Of a DNA stretch of 64,000 nt, positions 47,391-56,380 are shown one piece after another. The notes under the pieces were generated by a model. That model ran no database searches. It was not told the DNA's origin and worked only from the letters and a program-made list of their open reading frames with translations. The stretch lies in the sequence record PV611675.1; one strand, given 5' to 3'. The translations under genes and the position numbers were made by a program. How positions within the stretch are numbered: position 1 is the stretch's first letter; the number at the start of each line of letters is the position of its first letter. The stretch is from Acinetobacter phage vB_AbaM_14/CRR8.

Positions 47391-47566
47391 GTTTATTTAC
47401 AGTAGGTAATGATGTTGGTCTAGCTGCTGACCATTTAAATTTCGCTATCGAGACTTTGGAAGATTGTGATATTGATGGCGAGGCTATGGATTCATTACGT
47501 GAGGCACAGCAACGATTAGACCAAGCTATGGCTGAGATTGCTGTATTAAGGGAAAAGTACCCATGA
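47387..47566 (+). CDS. hypothetical small protein
   Basis: GTGA/ATGA-coupled 59-aa ORF below the track cutoff. Confidence 0.25.
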   Translation: MSLFTVGNDVGLAADHLNFAIETLEDCDIDGEAMDSLREAQQRLDQAMAEIAVLREKYP

Positions 47567-47832
47567 TGCTGCATGGCAGAAAGACTACATATAAGGATTC
47601 GGTCCAACGACTGCTTAATTGTGGAGCCAACCTTGAAGAAATGATGATAGAGATGCTTGAGTTTGAGAGTACTCTATCTGCTGGTCTAAAGGAACGTCAC
47701 TGGACAGCCTCATTTCACGTAGGAGGTGAGTTAAAGTCTTTGACTGTAGTACCAGAGGGAACGGAGCTTTCATTCCGTGTGCAGGATTTGGCGAAGTATA
47801 GGGTGTTGTTAACACCAGAGGAGTTGAGATAG
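47563..47832 (+). CDS. hypothetical protein
   Basis: 89-aa ORF. Confidence 0.3.
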   Translation: MMLHGRKTTYKDSVQRLLNCGANLEEMMIEMLEFESTLSAGLKERHWTASFHVGGELKSLTVVPEGTELSFRVQDLAKYRVLLTPEELR

Positions 47833-48065
47833 TGCCTATATGTATTGGAGGACCATTCCATGATAAACATGCTAATTGTGGTGATTACATTTATACTATA
47901 ATGGGTACTAGGAAGCTTGTAGAATATCGGCTAAGAGATTACTGTTATGACGATGGTTCTATTAAAAAGATTCAACTTTACCAGCATGTGTCCCTTTCAG
48001 ATGAATGTATCATTCAATTCCTAAATGAAAAATTTAATTTAAACCCTGTTGAGAAAAAGTCTTGA
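47832..48065 (+). CDS. hypothetical Cys-containing protein
   Basis: 77-aa ORF. Confidence 0.3.
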   Translation: MPICIGGPFHDKHANCGDYIYTIMGTRKLVEYRLRDYCYDDGSIKKIQLYQHVSLSDECIIQFLNEKFNLNPVEKKS

Positions 48066-48089
48066 CAGGGTTTTTCTTTGCCTGTAATA
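48043..48089 (+). promoter_or_regulatory. overlapping terminator/promoter element
   Basis: Hairpin CCCTGT-tgagaaaaagtct-TGACAGGG then T-run; the 3' arm contains -35 TTGACA; 17 bp; -10 TAATAT. Confidence 0.45.
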
Positions 48090-48123
48090 TTCACTTCACT
48101 TCATAGACAACTAGGAGCTGGAA

Positions 48124-48669
48124 ATGAAAGCAAGACGTGAGTTAGAGTTAAAAGTTTGGAATCTTTCTGAAGAGGAAGTTTTAAATAAAACACTATTTGA
48201 TTTGCTTGGTAAAGAAGAAATTGTAAGATGCTTCCATGAAGCATTTAAAAAGCTTGGCGTACTACAACGTTATGATGAGTTTTATCTGAAGAAAATTGGT
48301 AATCGTAAGGTTAATAACTATATCTCAACGTTACGTGAATTAGATGGTCAAGTTGGAACTCGACTCTACAAAGTTGAGCACAATGCATTCATGACAGGTT
48401 TGTTACGTGAAGCTGGCATAATCGATGGTGTTTATTTCGCAGCTCTGTATCCAAACTTCATGAAGAAGATTATTACTTCTGCACAAAGCCATATGGGTTT
48501 AATTGAGGGTGATACAGGAAATGGTAAAGATCATTTAATCTATGTACTTAAGGGTGTTAGTGGTCTTGCAACTACAGAGCAATCTAAGTTGTTGGGCATT
48601 TCAATGGGTCATTGGGAAGGTGGTCGAGAGAAAGTTACTGGACTTAAACGTCGAAAAGATCGTAAATAA
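48124..48669 (+). CDS. hypothetical protein
   Basis: 181-aa ORF with GGAGCTGG RBS. Confidence 0.35.
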   Translation: MKARRELELKVWNLSEEEVLNKTLFDLLGKEEIVRCFHEAFKKLGVLQRYDEFYLKKIGNRKVNNYISTLRELDGQVGTRLYKVEHNAFMTGLLREAGIIDGVYFAALYPNFMKKIITSAQSHMGLIEGDTGNGKDHLIYVLKGVSGLATTEQSKLLGISMGHWEGGREKVTGLKRRKDRK

Positions 48670-48672
48670 TTG

Positions 48673-48701
48673 TTGACACAGATTTAATTTTTAATTATAT
48701 T
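48673..48701 (+). promoter_or_regulatory. sigma70-like promoter
   Basis: TTGACA, 17 bp, TATATT. Confidence 0.4.
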
Positions 48702-48730
48702 TAATGCACAAACTAACTGGAGTAAAGGAA

Positions 48731-48871
48731 ATGTCTAAATTCACTAAACCGTCACAAGATAAAGATCAGTTCGAATCTTATCATGATGAGCGAAAGCAAC
48801 GTGGTCGTAAGCGACATGACGGTGGTAAGAAAGTGAAATCTTCAACTAAATGGTATGATCGGATGAACTAA
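48731..48871 (+). CDS. small basic protein
   Basis: 46-aa Lys/Arg-rich ORF downstream of promoter. Confidence 0.25.
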   Translation: MSKFTKPSQDKDQFESYHDERKQRGRKRHDGGKKVKSSTKWYDRMN

Positions 48872-48872
48872 T

Positions 48873-49391
48873 ATGAAAGGATTTATTAAAGAAGGTTCGT
48901 TAGAAGAAGCCAACAAAATCTTGATGTGTTACCAAGATGTTTTGAAGGCAATGGATAAAATCCAAAAGGGTGAAGAGCCACCGCCTTGGTTTAATACTAG
49001 GGTTGGTACTTGTATCAATGTTGAGTTAGCAGCTTTTGCAAACTATGGTATTAATTTAAACAATCTAGATGATTGGCAGAGAAGTGTTGTACATCCAGAT
49101 CAAGATATTTGTATAGGTGAGTCGAAACTCGATTATATTCTTAACAAAGCTTGGATTGATTTTGTAAACACTATGGGTAATACTGTAGGGTATGTTGAAC
49201 CTAACTCAAGTAATGTTTACCCTATCATCCGTGAATATCCAGAATATACAGCTGCATATTCATATGCCAATAGTGTTGCATATGGAACTCTTTACAAAGG
49301 CAAACAGTTAGAGGCTCGTGTAAGTTTAGTGAACTTCAAGTGTCAAGTACTACGAGAAGAGTTACTGAACATTTGGAAATTAAGTAAGTAA
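48873..49391 (+). CDS. hypothetical protein
   Basis: 172-aa ORF. Confidence 0.35.
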   Translation: MKGFIKEGSLEEANKILMCYQDVLKAMDKIQKGEEPPPWFNTRVGTCINVELAAFANYGINLNNLDDWQRSVVHPDQDICIGESKLDYILNKAWIDFVNTMGNTVGYVEPNSSNVYPIIREYPEYTAAYSYANSVAYGTLYKGKQLEARVSLVNFKCQVLREELLNIWKLSK

Positions 49392-49406
49392 TTTGAGGAT
49401 TAAAAT

Positions 49407-50510
49407 ATGAAATTTATCAAGTACCCAAGCATTAAACGTTTAACTGAACGTGCAATCAATAATGTGAAGGAAATGCCATTTGAATTACCACAATTTATGG
49501 TAACTGAGAAACTTCATGGGGCCAATATGGGTATCTACTCTAATGGTGAAGAGTTTAAGATTGCATCTCGTGAAGGTTTTGTCCGTGAAGGTATCAAGTT
49601 CTACAATGGTCGTGCTGTAGCTGATCGATACAAAGATGGTATCATGGAACATGCCAAACACTCTGTTAAATCTGCTCGTGAGATTGGCATCATTGGTGAT
49701 GTAGTAAGTATCTACTTTGGTGAACTGTTTGGTGGGAGTATCCATAAAGGTACACCATACTCTCAAGAGCAAGATTTTGTTTTGTTTGACTTCTTCATGA
49801 CATTTGAAAACTCTGAAGAGAACCTTAAAGCATTAAAGCTATTTGGTGTTAAAGATTTTATTGTATATGAGGAGCAAGGAGTTATTGCTTGTCGTAGTTA
49901 CGATAAACCTAGTTCATTGAAATACATCTCCGAGTTTATTGGTTGTCGACATATTGAGATTTTATTTATTGGCTCATTTGAAGATGCTTTAAAAGTTGAG
50001 AACAACTTTAAATCTAAGTATGTGTGTCCTGAAAAGGTTAAGGAGTCTGGCGTTGCTGCTCATGGTCAAGATGCAGTAGACTACCTATGCATTACTGAAG
50101 GTGTAATCATTGAACCAGTGAACCCAATGAATCATTTTGGTGACATGCTTAAATACAAATCTAAGAACTCTAAGTTTGAAGAGAAGTATAATACAGGTTA
50201 TAAAGAGAAAATTTCTGCTGTTGAGAAGGCTCTCAATAAATTAACAGATGAAGAACGTGATACATTGACTGATATGGATCAATACATTACTAACCCTCGT
50301 TACGATGCTGTGGTGAGTAAGATTGGTGAAGTAACCATCAAAGATTTTTCAAAAGTTTTGAAAGCTTTTGTTGAAGACGTATTAGCTGACATTAAAGAAG
50401 ATTATCAAGAGTATCGTGAGTGCTTCCCTGATCTTAGTAAAGATGCTATGATGTTATTCACAAATGAAGTTAAAGCGTTTATTCGCCCTAAATTATTGGA
50501 GAACAGTTAA
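49407..50510 (+). CDS. RNA ligase (Rnl2-like, KxHGxN motif)
   Basis: Motif I KLHGAN, motif IV EGVIIEP, motif V LKYKSKN. Confidence 0.55.
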   Translation: MKFIKYPSIKRLTERAINNVKEMPFELPQFMVTEKLHGANMGIYSNGEEFKIASREGFVREGIKFYNGRAVADRYKDGIMEHAKHSVKSAREIGIIGDVVSIYFGELFGGSIHKGTPYSQEQDFVLFDFFMTFENSEENLKALKLFGVKDFIVYEEQGVIACRSYDKPSSLKYISEFIGCRHIEILFIGSFEDALKVENNFKSKYVCPEKVKESGVAAHGQDAVDYLCITEGVIIEPVNPMNHFGDMLKYKSKNSKFEEKYNTGYKEKISAVEKALNKLTDEERDTLTDMDQYITNPRYDAVVSKIGEVTIKDFSKVLKAFVEDVLADIKEDYQEYRECFPDLSKDAMMLFTNEVKAFIRPKLLENS

Positions 50511-51478
50511 TGTCCATTTTACGAGTTAAAAACTTCCTTGAACTGCATGTAGTTGGCAAGGGGCAGATTAAAGTAGATGTGGTGGAATTTGGGGACGGCA
50601 CTAAAAGTGTCCGTATCCCTACTATTAAGTGTTACGACCGAGAGACCACTTTCCGTATTGAGTTATTTCAGCGTAGTATGGATGACATCATGCTTGTTGC
50701 ACAAATTGTAGATATCATTCGTCGTAATACACGTACAATTGTGAACATCATCTTAAGCTTAGAGTCACCAATGTATATGCGTTATGATCGTGTGATGAAT
50801 GATAAGAAGGATGATGCCTTTGCACTAAAACAGTTTGTGAAAATGATTCTGGCGACAGGTGTCAATCATGTACAGTTGACAGACCCTCACAGTGAAGTGG
50901 CTGAGGAGTTGTTATTCCTACATGGCTCTGGTCGAAACTTTGTAAGTGTTACACGTCAAGAAGATTGTGTGTATGAGGCTCTACGAACATTCACAGAAGG
51001 ACATAAAAACCTAGGGCATTATGATATTGTACTACCTGATGCTGGAGCAGCTAAGAAAGTTCTTGGTTATGAAACTTTCCAATGTATGAAAGCTCGTGAC
51101 CCTAACACTGGTAAGTTGTCTAAAGCTGGGTTTGATATTGATCCTAATGTATTAACTAAGTTGTTATTGAGTAAGAAAGATAGAATCATTATTGTTGACG
51201 ACATCTGCGAGAACGGTGGAACCTTCTTAGGATGCCATAAAATGCTCAGAGAGCGTGGTGTTATAAAACCTATGGATTTGTACATCACACATGGCGTATT
51301 CCCTAATGTGCAAGCAATGAGTAAGTTCTATGGGGTGTTTGAGAATATCTACATATACAATGGAACAAATGCAAAGTATCTTGACCTTGTATCCCATACA
51401 GGAGCTAAGATTCATATGGTAAATGCTTTTGTGGGAGCTGATGAATTAGTTTTCGAAGATGACCTATTTAAGTCTTGA
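50510..51478 (+). CDS. prs: ribose-phosphate pyrophosphokinase (PRPP synthetase)
   Basis: PRPP-binding loop IIIVDDICENGGTF; size 322 aa. Confidence 0.65.
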   Translation: MSILRVKNFLELHVVGKGQIKVDVVEFGDGTKSVRIPTIKCYDRETTFRIELFQRSMDDIMLVAQIVDIIRRNTRTIVNIILSLESPMYMRYDRVMNDKKDDAFALKQFVKMILATGVNHVQLTDPHSEVAEELLFLHGSGRNFVSVTRQEDCVYEALRTFTEGHKNLGHYDIVLPDAGAAKKVLGYETFQCMKARDPNTGKLSKAGFDIDPNVLTKLLLSKKDRIIIVDDICENGGTFLGCHKMLRERGVIKPMDLYITHGVFPNVQAMSKFYGVFENIYIYNGTNAKYLDLVSHTGAKIHMVNAFVGADELVFEDDLFKS

Positions 51479-51504
51479 CATCTATACAATAGTGGGGTTA
51501 TAAT
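51475..51504 (+). promoter_or_regulatory. sigma70-like promoter
   Basis: TTGACA, 18 bp, TATAAT. Confidence 0.45.
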
Positions 51505-51531
51505 GGCCCCACAAACTTTTAGAGGTGTGCT

Positions 51532-51759
51532 ATGAGAAAAGCTCGTATTAAAGCTACAAAACAACAAATGGTTGATATGGGTATCGACGGTGTGGTTGTT
51601 AATGGAGAGGTAATTAAAGATGGTACAATTCTAGACATTAAAGAATTGCAAATCAACTTTGAGGGTAAGCCAGCATTTCAGTTTATTGGATCATATAATG
51701 GGTTAATAGACCATACATGGTACATCTCGGCTGAGCTATTTGAATTTATTGAGGGTTAA
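51532..51759 (+). CDS. hypothetical protein
   Basis: 75-aa ORF. Confidence 0.3.
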   Translation: MRKARIKATKQQMVDMGIDGVVVNGEVIKDGTILDIKELQINFEGKPAFQFIGSYNGLIDHTWYISAELFEFIEG

Positions 51760-51762
51760 TTT

Positions 51763-53607
51763 ATGAATTTTTTAGAAAAGAAAGCCTTATTAGAGGAATC
51801 AATCTTTGACGCAGTGCCAAAGGTGAATCCTTTCTTATATTGGACAGACTCTTACAAAGATTCTCATATTCGTTTTGAAGTTGAGGGTGTTAAGTATATT
51901 TATTCTAATGCCACAGCACGTTTTGGTTACTACATGAAAAACCTTCTGGGTGAATACTTTGAAGATGAGTTCGTTGTTTTTGGTATTCAGTGGATGTTGG
52001 CACGTTTTCATGCTATGGCTAAGATCGGATTCTTTGATCGTCCTAAGCAAGAAGTATTGGATGAAATGTTAGAGGTACTTGGACCTTACATTGGTGAAAC
52101 GGATGTAACTCGTTTTGGTGATCTCCATGATCTTGGTTATGTACCATTGATCTTTAAAGCATTACCAGAAGGTACAGTTGCACCTATTGGTACTCCATTC
52201 TATACATGTGAGAATACATTACCTGAATTTGAATGGCTTGCAAATTTCCTTGAGTCTGGTATGTCTACAGATACTTGGAAACAGTTAACAGTAGCTACTG
52301 TAGCTTATGCTTTCCGTCGAATCAGTAACAAGTTCGCTTTAGAGACTCAAGGAAATATCGAGGGTACAGAGTGGCAAAACCATGACTTCTCAACACGTGG
52401 TCAATCTGGATTTGAGTCTGGTGCAATTAATGGTGTAGCATTCTTGCTTAGCTCTTGTGGCACAGACAATAAGCCATCATTGTGGGCAGCTCGTGACTTC
52501 TATTTGAGTAAGAATACCCAAGACTTATTGTTGTGTGGTTCTGTACCTGCTGGGGAACATAGTGTTTCTACATTAGGTATTCAATCATTCATTAAGAAAG
52601 CTGAACTTGCTGGTGAGGAACTATCGTTACTTGAGGCTGAAATTAAATATGCTAAGTTTGTTATTACAGAACGTTTCCCTACAGGTATCTTATCTTATGT
52701 GTCGGATTCGTATGATTACTGGGGATTCATTAAAGAAGTTCTTCCAGCTCTTAAAGAAGATATTCTTGCACGTGATGGTAAACTTGTTGTGCGTGGCGAT
52801 TCAGGTGATCCTATTCATATTATCGCTGGTTATCGTATCTTTGATGCTGATACAGATGTACGTGTTAAGGGTAAGTTTAATTCAGTATCTCAGTTGATGT
52901 TGAACACACACTTATGGTGGGATTCTAAGTGGGAGGTCATCAAATTCAATGATCAATATTTCTTGATCATTGATAGTGGTACAGAACTTCAAGAGATTTC
53001 ACGTGAAGAAGCTCATGGAACTATCCAATGTTTATGGGATGAGTTTGGTGGTATTGTAAATGATCTTGGATTTAAACACTTAGATAGTCATATCGGCATG
53101 ATCTATGGTGATGGAATTACAATCCAACGTTCAGTAGAAATCTTGACTCGATTAAAGGACAAAGGTTTTGCATCTACAAATATCGTATTTGGTGTAGGTA
53201 GTTACTCATTGAATATGTTATCTCGTGACCATCTTGGTATTGCCATTAAAGCAACCAATGCAATCATTGAGATTGATGAACGTCTCGTTGAGATGCCTAT
53301 CTACAAGGACCCTAAGACTGATACGAGTAAGAAGTCTGCTAAAGGTTATTTGGTGGTGTCTGCTGATAAGGAAGGGAATATCATTACTTTGGATGAACAG
53401 AGTCGTGAAGCAGCTTTACATACTGGTTTACTTGAAACTGTATATATGAATGGGCAATTCCAAGTCTTAACTACAGTACCAGAGATTCGAGAGCGTCTAT
53501 GGAATCCTAAATCTTTAGCTCCTCCAACTGTAGAGGAGGGTGAGGAAGTGATTGTAAATGATATCACACCAGAAGTTGACGGTGAGTCAGAGGAGTTTGT
53601 AGAGTAA
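51763..53607 (+). CDS. nadV: nicotinamide phosphoribosyltransferase (NAMPT/NadV), extended form
   Basis: TDSYK motif near the N-terminus and overall NAPRTase-family features; adjacent to prs; 614 aa, longer than typical. Confidence 0.7.
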   Translation: MNFLEKKALLEESIFDAVPKVNPFLYWTDSYKDSHIRFEVEGVKYIYSNATARFGYYMKNLLGEYFEDEFVVFGIQWMLARFHAMAKIGFFDRPKQEVLDEMLEVLGPYIGETDVTRFGDLHDLGYVPLIFKALPEGTVAPIGTPFYTCENTLPEFEWLANFLESGMSTDTWKQLTVATVAYAFRRISNKFALETQGNIEGTEWQNHDFSTRGQSGFESGAINGVAFLLSSCGTDNKPSLWAARDFYLSKNTQDLLLCGSVPAGEHSVSTLGIQSFIKKAELAGEELSLLEAEIKYAKFVITERFPTGILSYVSDSYDYWGFIKEVLPALKEDILARDGKLVVRGDSGDPIHIIAGYRIFDADTDVRVKGKFNSVSQLMLNTHLWWDSKWEVIKFNDQYFLIIDSGTELQEISREEAHGTIQCLWDEFGGIVNDLGFKHLDSHIGMIYGDGITIQRSVEILTRLKDKGFASTNIVFGVGSYSLNMLSRDHLGIAIKATNAIIEIDERLVEMPIYKDPKTDTSKKSAKGYLVVSADKEGNIITLDEQSREAALHTGLLETVYMNGQFQVLTTVPEIRERLWNPKSLAPPTVEEGEEVIVNDITPEVDGESEEFVE

Positions 53608-54080
53608 TGATTGAGGAACGCATCAAAGGTGATGTGTTCCCTTACCTTATGAAGAAGGATAACAATTTTGACGCATTTGTTCATGGTTGTAATTGCTTCT
53701 GTACTATGGGTAAGGGGATAGCTCCACTAGTCAAAAAGCATTTCTATGCTGCTTATGAGGCTGATTTACTCACAGAGAAAGGTGATCGGAGTAAGCTTGG
53801 TGATTATACATGGGCTTGGTTTAATGAGTATAAACTTGAAATTATCAATGCTTACACTCAATACGATTACAGAAAAGCTTATGGTGATACAGATATCAAT
53901 GTCAGTTATCATGCTATTCGGGAAGTGTTTAGAAAGCTTAACAAGGACTATCGAGGGTGTCGATTCGCTATACCTAAGATCGGTGCTGGTTTGGCTGGAG
54001 GTGATTGGGAGTTGATTGAGAAGATCATCAATGAAGAGACACCACACTTACACATTACATTATTTTATTTAGAGGATTAA
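53607..54080 (+). CDS. macro domain protein (ADP-ribose binding/processing)
   Basis: Macro-domain motifs AFVHGCNCFCTMGKGIA and IPKIGAGLAGGDW. Confidence 0.55.
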   Translation: MIEERIKGDVFPYLMKKDNNFDAFVHGCNCFCTMGKGIAPLVKKHFYAAYEADLLTEKGDRSKLGDYTWAWFNEYKLEIINAYTQYDYRKAYGDTDINVSYHAIREVFRKLNKDYRGCRFAIPKIGAGLAGGDWELIEKIINEETPHLHITLFYLED

Positions 54081-54082
54081 TT

Positions 54083-54343
54083 ATGAAATTTAATATTAAA
54101 GGCGTACAACCTCTTGTACAATCAAATAAGTTCCCTGCTTTAGTGCAAAGTATTCCACAAGAAGGCGATAATCCAGAAGATGTATTTATTATTTGGGCTT
54201 TGGACAAGAGTCAAGGTGTCATTGTAAAGAACACTGAAGAGCCTGATTCTGAAGGTGAACTTGAAGATGGTTATGACTTTACAGACTCTAAGGCTTGGGT
54301 CCGATTACCAGTTGGAACAGTGCTAGAAATTACTCAAGAATAA
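54083..54343 (+). CDS. hypothetical acidic protein
   Basis: 86-aa ORF. Confidence 0.3.
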   Translation: MKFNIKGVQPLVQSNKFPALVQSIPQEGDNPEDVFIIWALDKSQGVIVKNTEEPDSEGELEDGYDFTDSKAWVRLPVGTVLEITQE

Positions 54344-54356
54344 AATATTTAAATTA

Positions 54357-54384
54357 AGGGTGAGCTTAGGCTTGCCCTTTTTTA
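54357..54384 (+). terminator. rho-independent terminator (UUAG loop family)
   Basis: GGGTGAGC-TTAG-GCTTGCCC then T6. Confidence 0.5.
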
Positions 54385-54433
54385 TTGCTTGTAGTATTAT
54401 AAGATCATTAGTTAACCAACGAGAGATCGTCTA

Positions 54434-54967
54434 ATGAAAGTTTATCGTATTGAGCATCCAGAAACAGGGCATGGAATTTTCCGTACAGATTGGGAAGATA
54501 TTCGACATAATGGATTCTTGTCAAATTTACCTGACAACCTTATATGGTCTTATCATGATGCATTTAAACGAGTTAAAGCTTGTAACTGTAGTGTTAAACA
54601 TGATACTCCAACAGGTGAGTCTACAGGCAAACAATATGCTATAGCTATGGCTATTCTGTACGGAGACACTGAGTCTATACAAGCTAAAAAACATTTAACA
54701 GAGCAAGAAAGATCAATAATTAGAGAAGATTATTCAAGTGGTAAGAGGGCTTTATGTGCAGCTCCTAGTATTGAAGTTATGTCTGATTGGATTGAATTGG
54801 AAGCAATACAATTCTTACAAATGACTGGCTTCAAATTGTATGAAATAGATTTAAAAGTACGTAAGTCAATCCATTATGTATCAGACACACAAGTAGTATT
54901 CTTTCCAAGAACTGTTAAAAGTAAGAAAGAAATTTGCTTATCTCGTTTAGCATCTAGAGGAGTTTAA
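54434..54967 (+). CDS. hypothetical protein
   Basis: 177-aa ORF. Confidence 0.35.
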   Translation: MKVYRIEHPETGHGIFRTDWEDIRHNGFLSNLPDNLIWSYHDAFKRVKACNCSVKHDTPTGESTGKQYAIAMAILYGDTESIQAKKHLTEQERSIIREDYSSGKRALCAAPSIEVMSDWIELEAIQFLQMTGFKLYEIDLKVRKSIHYVSDTQVVFFPRTVKSKKEICLSRLASRGV

Positions 54968-54971
54968 TATT

Positions 54972-55673
54972 ATGAAATTAGTTAACGATTTAATCATGAA
55001 TAAGATTGAAAAAGAGTTCGATGTACGCAACATTGAATTACCTTACGATGTTACATCTGAGGTTTTTCACTGGACCCATGAATACCTAGGTAAAGGTATG
55101 ACTCCAGAGCAAGTAGCAGACAAATTATTTGAAGAGATTTTCTCTTATAAGAATTATGATGTTGGTAAATTTGTTTATCTGGATACAGAGAAACGTGAAA
55201 CCACACATGGTTGGGTATTATCTCCTGAAGGTGTGATGTATCATACTCGATATGAATATTGTCATGGCCTAGCTATTGCAGCCTTATGTCCTGTTGAAGC
55301 ATTAAAACACAAATTTATTGCACCTCCAATGTTTAGCAAGTATGAATGTATTCATCGAAACAGTTACCAAGATTTTGGATTCATTGCTACAAGAGAGTAT
55401 GGTTGGATTCGATTTGATCAATCGTTTAACATCCTACGTATAGATTTCTATATGGAAAATGTTACTCAGGCCCAAATTGATACAATGAAAGATTGGTTTA
55501 AATATCATGATTTGCTTGACAGAAAATGTGAAACATATTACACTCACTCAAACATTAGAAAGGTGTTAGATCAAATGCAACGTGAAGTATCAGAGCGTAA
55601 GCTTGGTAAGCCACCTGAAGAGATGATTTTAATCGAACCTGACGAAAATGGTTTTGGTTTAGGTTCACTATAG
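54972..55673 (+). CDS. hypothetical protein
   Basis: 233-aa ORF. Confidence 0.35.
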   Translation: MKLVNDLIMNKIEKEFDVRNIELPYDVTSEVFHWTHEYLGKGMTPEQVADKLFEEIFSYKNYDVGKFVYLDTEKRETTHGWVLSPEGVMYHTRYEYCHGLAIAALCPVEALKHKFIAPPMFSKYECIHRNSYQDFGFIATREYGWIRFDQSFNILRIDFYMENVTQAQIDTMKDWFKYHDLLDRKCETYYTHSNIRKVLDQMQREVSERKLGKPPEEMILIEPDENGFGLGSL

Positions 55674-55684
55674 AGGATAAATAA

Positions 55685-56173
55685 ATGTACATATTTCCAA
55701 GTCAAGTATTCTTTTACCCGAACAATTTATTCTTAGATTCAATAAATGAACTTGATGGTCATATAATTGAGATGGGCTGTGGTGTGGGTCATACTCTGGC
55801 TAGAATGAAAGAGTATGGTGGGGCGGTAGATAACTGCAATATGTTTAACTCACGTGGGTTTGATATTGTAGCTAGAACTGAATGTGAGGCACCTACCCAA
55901 GTGGCTTATGGTTATATGTTTGACGCTTTAGAATTTAAGTTCTACACTAAGCTTATGAACGTATTGGTATGCCGTCCTGATCATGGAGGTTGGGTCGGAA
56001 CTTTGTTGGACAAGTTCTTGAGTGGTGAGAAAACTTGTAAGCGATTCATCTATGTAGGATTAGAACGTAACTTGACTATAGATTTTGATCCTATACAATT
56101 AGATGCATTATCTCAAGTCATAGAGAATGTTGGTGATGACGGGGAGAATATGTACATTTGGGAGATTTCCTGA
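55685..56173 (+). CDS. small protein with SAM-methyltransferase-like motif I
   Basis: IIEMGCGVGHTLARM resembles class I MTase E/DxGxGxG; 162 aa. Confidence 0.3.
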   Translation: MYIFPSQVFFYPNNLFLDSINELDGHIIEMGCGVGHTLARMKEYGGAVDNCNMFNSRGFDIVARTECEAPTQVAYGYMFDALEFKFYTKLMNVLVCRPDHGGWVGTLLDKFLSGEKTCKRFIYVGLERNLTIDFDPIQLDALSQVIENVGDDGENMYIWEIS

Positions 56174-56379
56174 TGGATACTATGATTGAATATTTCTTTC
56201 ACGGTTTACTGGTGGCTGTAGTATTATACTACGCCATCAAGATGACATTGTTCATGATCCAAGCTCAAATAGATTCTTATAAATTTCAGAAGAATCTGAA
56301 GGAGACTGAGCGAAAACAGGCAGAGTATGAAAACTCTATTGAATGTAAACTAATAAACAAGTATCTCTCGGAGAAATAA
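56173..56379 (+). CDS. small membrane protein
   Basis: One TM helix; ATGA overlap; GGAG RBS. Confidence 0.3.
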   Translation: MDTMIEYFFHGLLVAVVLYYAIKMTLFMIQAQIDSYKFQKNLKETERKQAEYENSIECKLINKYLSEK

Positions 56380-56380
56380 C

